From Neodothiora populina (taxonomy: Eukaryota): 64,000 nt of DNA. Of this stretch, positions 61,681 through 64,000 are shown piece by piece; within the stretch, counting starts at the first letter, position 1; every line of letters begins with the position of its first letter. The stretch is taken from assembly GCF_041146345.1 (NCBI RefSeq), contig NW_027191411.1, forward strand, positions 1,736,001 to 1,800,000, written 5' to 3'. The position numbers and the translations under genes are program-made. Below the pieces are notes generated by a model that ran no database searches, had not been told where the DNA came from, and worked only from the letters and a program-made list of their open reading frames with translations.

Positions 61681-64000
61681 TCAAGCAAGCAGAACCCTAT
61701 AACTAGCAACCTCAAAAGCGCGCAGTCCGATCTCCATTTCCTTGCCGTTCTTGCCCAGCTTCATCTCCACGAGATCGTCTTCCAAAATATTACATTTCCA
61801 GGCCTTGGCGACGGTGATGCCGTCTCCGAAGACGACTGTTCCCGTGCTCTTGCCGCCAAGGGAATCGTAGATTCTCAGGATGATGCTTTTGCCTTTTCGG
61901 ATCTTGCTGGGGAGGATCGAGGATGATGAGAACGAAGAGGAAGAGGAGGGCAGGACGTCTTCGTCGTCTTCGGCGCGTTTGATCGTGTCGAGAATCAGTC
62001 CGTCGCTGTCGGGGCTGAGCGTGAAGGCTTGAAGGATGCTCTTTGCGTCTTGGGGAGACGGGTGCGAGATCACTTTCATGGGGTTGTTGAAGGCAAATCC
62101 GGCTTGAACGGTGCGGTGGTCCAAGGCGCCCTTGTGAGGCAAGATTGCCCATCTGAATGTGTGTTTGCCCATGTCTGCGTGTCCATCTGGTGCTTTTGGT
62201 GCACGGAGGAGTGACAGGCGCATCAGGTTGCCACACGTGGCGAAGCCGTATTTGCAGTCATTCAGGATGCTGACGCCGTAGCCGTGCTCGGACAGATCTG
62301 CCCATTTGTGGCAGCAGACTTCGAACTTGGCCATATCCCATGTGGTATTGTAATGGGTTGGTCGGCGTACGATACCGTATTGCGTCTCATACGAGGCTTC
62401 GGTGTTTGTGACTGTCACCGGGAATTCGACCTTGAGGAACTTCATTGTCTCATGCCAGTCGACTTCGGCTTCGGTCTCGACATACGTGGGGACGTTCTGG
62501 TCCACGACTGCGGAAAGAGAGATTGTCGTCTTGATAGAAGATTTGTCGGAGATGATGGTCGTTGTGGTCACAGATACACGATGGGGACCGTTCTCGGTGA
62601 TTGTGGTTGGGCCATCAGCCTTGAGTTCTTGACGAGAGTTGAGATGGAAGACCTCAACATCCCAGGCCTGCCAGTACAGGGGCTTGTCGTCAAAGATGAC
62701 CAATTGGTTCGCTTTCTCGCCCCCAGCGATCACTTCCCTCTTTGCCTTCTTGTCGTACAGCGAAGTGATGACACCAGCGCAGACTTGAACATCGAATTGG
62801 CTGTTGGAAAGTACAAAGACGCCCTTTGAGACTTCCGATACCGAGACCGAAGCCTCTGAAGTAGAGGCCGCGGTCAATGGCGTAATTGAAGTCATACCAG
62901 CTTCGCCTTGCAGAGAAGCATACTTCGGCAGGCCTGCAATCGCGGGCAATTTCGCGACCTCTCGTCTGCCGAAGCCGAGGGTGTTGATGGCAACTAGATT
63001 GTCTTTCGTTGTAGGCTTGTCGTCAAAGCCAAGTGCGTCGAGGGCATCCATGAGAAGCTTCTCGCCAGTCTTGAAGACCTTGGCATACAGCTTGATGGCA
63101 TGTTAGCTGGCTCTATACATAATCACTGGGGCAGAAAGACGGAAACTTACCTCTGCTGAATCATCGTATACCATCTCGATGCAACTTCCAGGCAGGCAGT
63201 CGTGGAACTGGCAAAGGAGGACGTTCTCCCACATGCTGTCAATCTCCTCTTTCGGGTATTTGTAGCCGGTCTTGGTTCCTTTGATCACATCCTGAATGCT
63301 CGCCAGCGTCGCGAGGTACTCAATGTCATGAAGCATAATCTCAGACTTGCGGTTATTCTTCTTGTTGTTGGCTTGAGTGGTATACGTACCACGGTGCAGC
63401 TCAAAGTACAGCTCACCATACCAAGTCACGAACTCCGTGCCGTTCTCTGCCTTCTTCTCAAGTCTCGCGAAGAAGTCATCAACGGAATCACCCATTCTCA
63501 CACGAGGAAGGAGGCCAATCTTATCGCTCATGCCGCGAGCTCGCCTAAGCTTCTCAAGATGCTGCCAGGTGGGTCCACCACCACCATCACCCTTGCCGAA
63601 CACGAGAAGGGACGTAGGGTCCTGGTCCATGGATTTGTGCTGAGTGACACTGCGCTTGACATCACCGAAGTGTGCTTCTGCAGTGTAGGTCTCGCATGGT
63701 GCCATATGGCAGATGACCTGACTACCGTCTAGCGAGACCCAATTGAACGTGGTATGGGGAAAATTGTTGATGTTGTTCCAGCTTAGCTTTTGCGTGAAGA
63801 ATCTGGTCATCCCAGCGAGACGGCAAAGCTGCGGCAACTGCGTGGAGTATCCGAACGTATCAGGCAGCCAAAACGTTGTACATCTCTGTCCAAATCGACT
63901 TTCGAAGAAGCGTTGTCCATATACGAATTGGCGCACCAGAGACTCTCCGCTAGGCATGTTGGTGTCATGCTCGACCCAACTGCCTCCGATTGGTTGGAAC
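61681..64000 (-). CDS. AMS1: GH38 vacuolar/cytosolic alpha-mannosidase; 5' end lies outside the window
   Basis: Open to the window edge ([25 protein letters not shown]). Nucleophile motif [63 protein letters not shown]. Intron 63150-63091. Confidence 0.96.

Noticed and set aside
1..64000. tRNA, rRNA, snRNA, TPP riboswitch, hammerhead ribozyme, CRISPR array or biosynthetic gene cluster
   Set aside because: A visual scan found no cloverleaf/T-loop context, snRNA signature, riboswitch or ribozyme core, repeat-spacer array or PKS/NRPS/terpene gene. A cmscan/tRNAscan run would be needed to exclude them formally.

Overview
Gene-dense eukaryotic DNA from a filamentous ascomycete (Pezizomycotina, probably Dothideomycetes; the taxon is inferred from short GT..CTRAC..YAG introns and protein style, not from a search). 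I reconstructed 21 protein-coding genes, mostly spliced housekeeping genes: Red1/ZFC3H1-like zinc finger (5' partial), transaldolase, Cu/Zn SOD, Tudor-SN, SulP sulfate permease, Bub2, a 927-aa disordered orphan, Wss1, DUF1776, Dsf2/Nif1-like Sel1 protein, Tvp38, Env7 kinase, SconB/Met30, Mex67, Mnn2-like GT71, Fun30, Vma21, DUF2406, calnexin, methylmalonate-semialdehyde dehydrogenase and Ams1 (5' partial). I found no tRNA, rRNA, CRISPR array, transposon or secondary-metabolite cluster. The best leads are non-coding. (1) Mex67 has an unusually long, hairpin-forming, stop-containing intron, a candidate NXF1-like autoregulatory retained intron. (2) The Red1-like gene has a similar stop-containing intron whose donor sits in a hairpin. 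(3) Three back-to-back hairpins lie just upstream of the sulfate permease start codon. (4) The DUF2406 gene has an in-frame alternative start inside an intron. (5) The Sel1 protein carries a 7-copy RxxSRQxS repeat. (6) A possible decayed small secreted protein gene lies in the largest intergenic gap. All of these are hypotheses read by eye and need RNA-seq or comparative tests.
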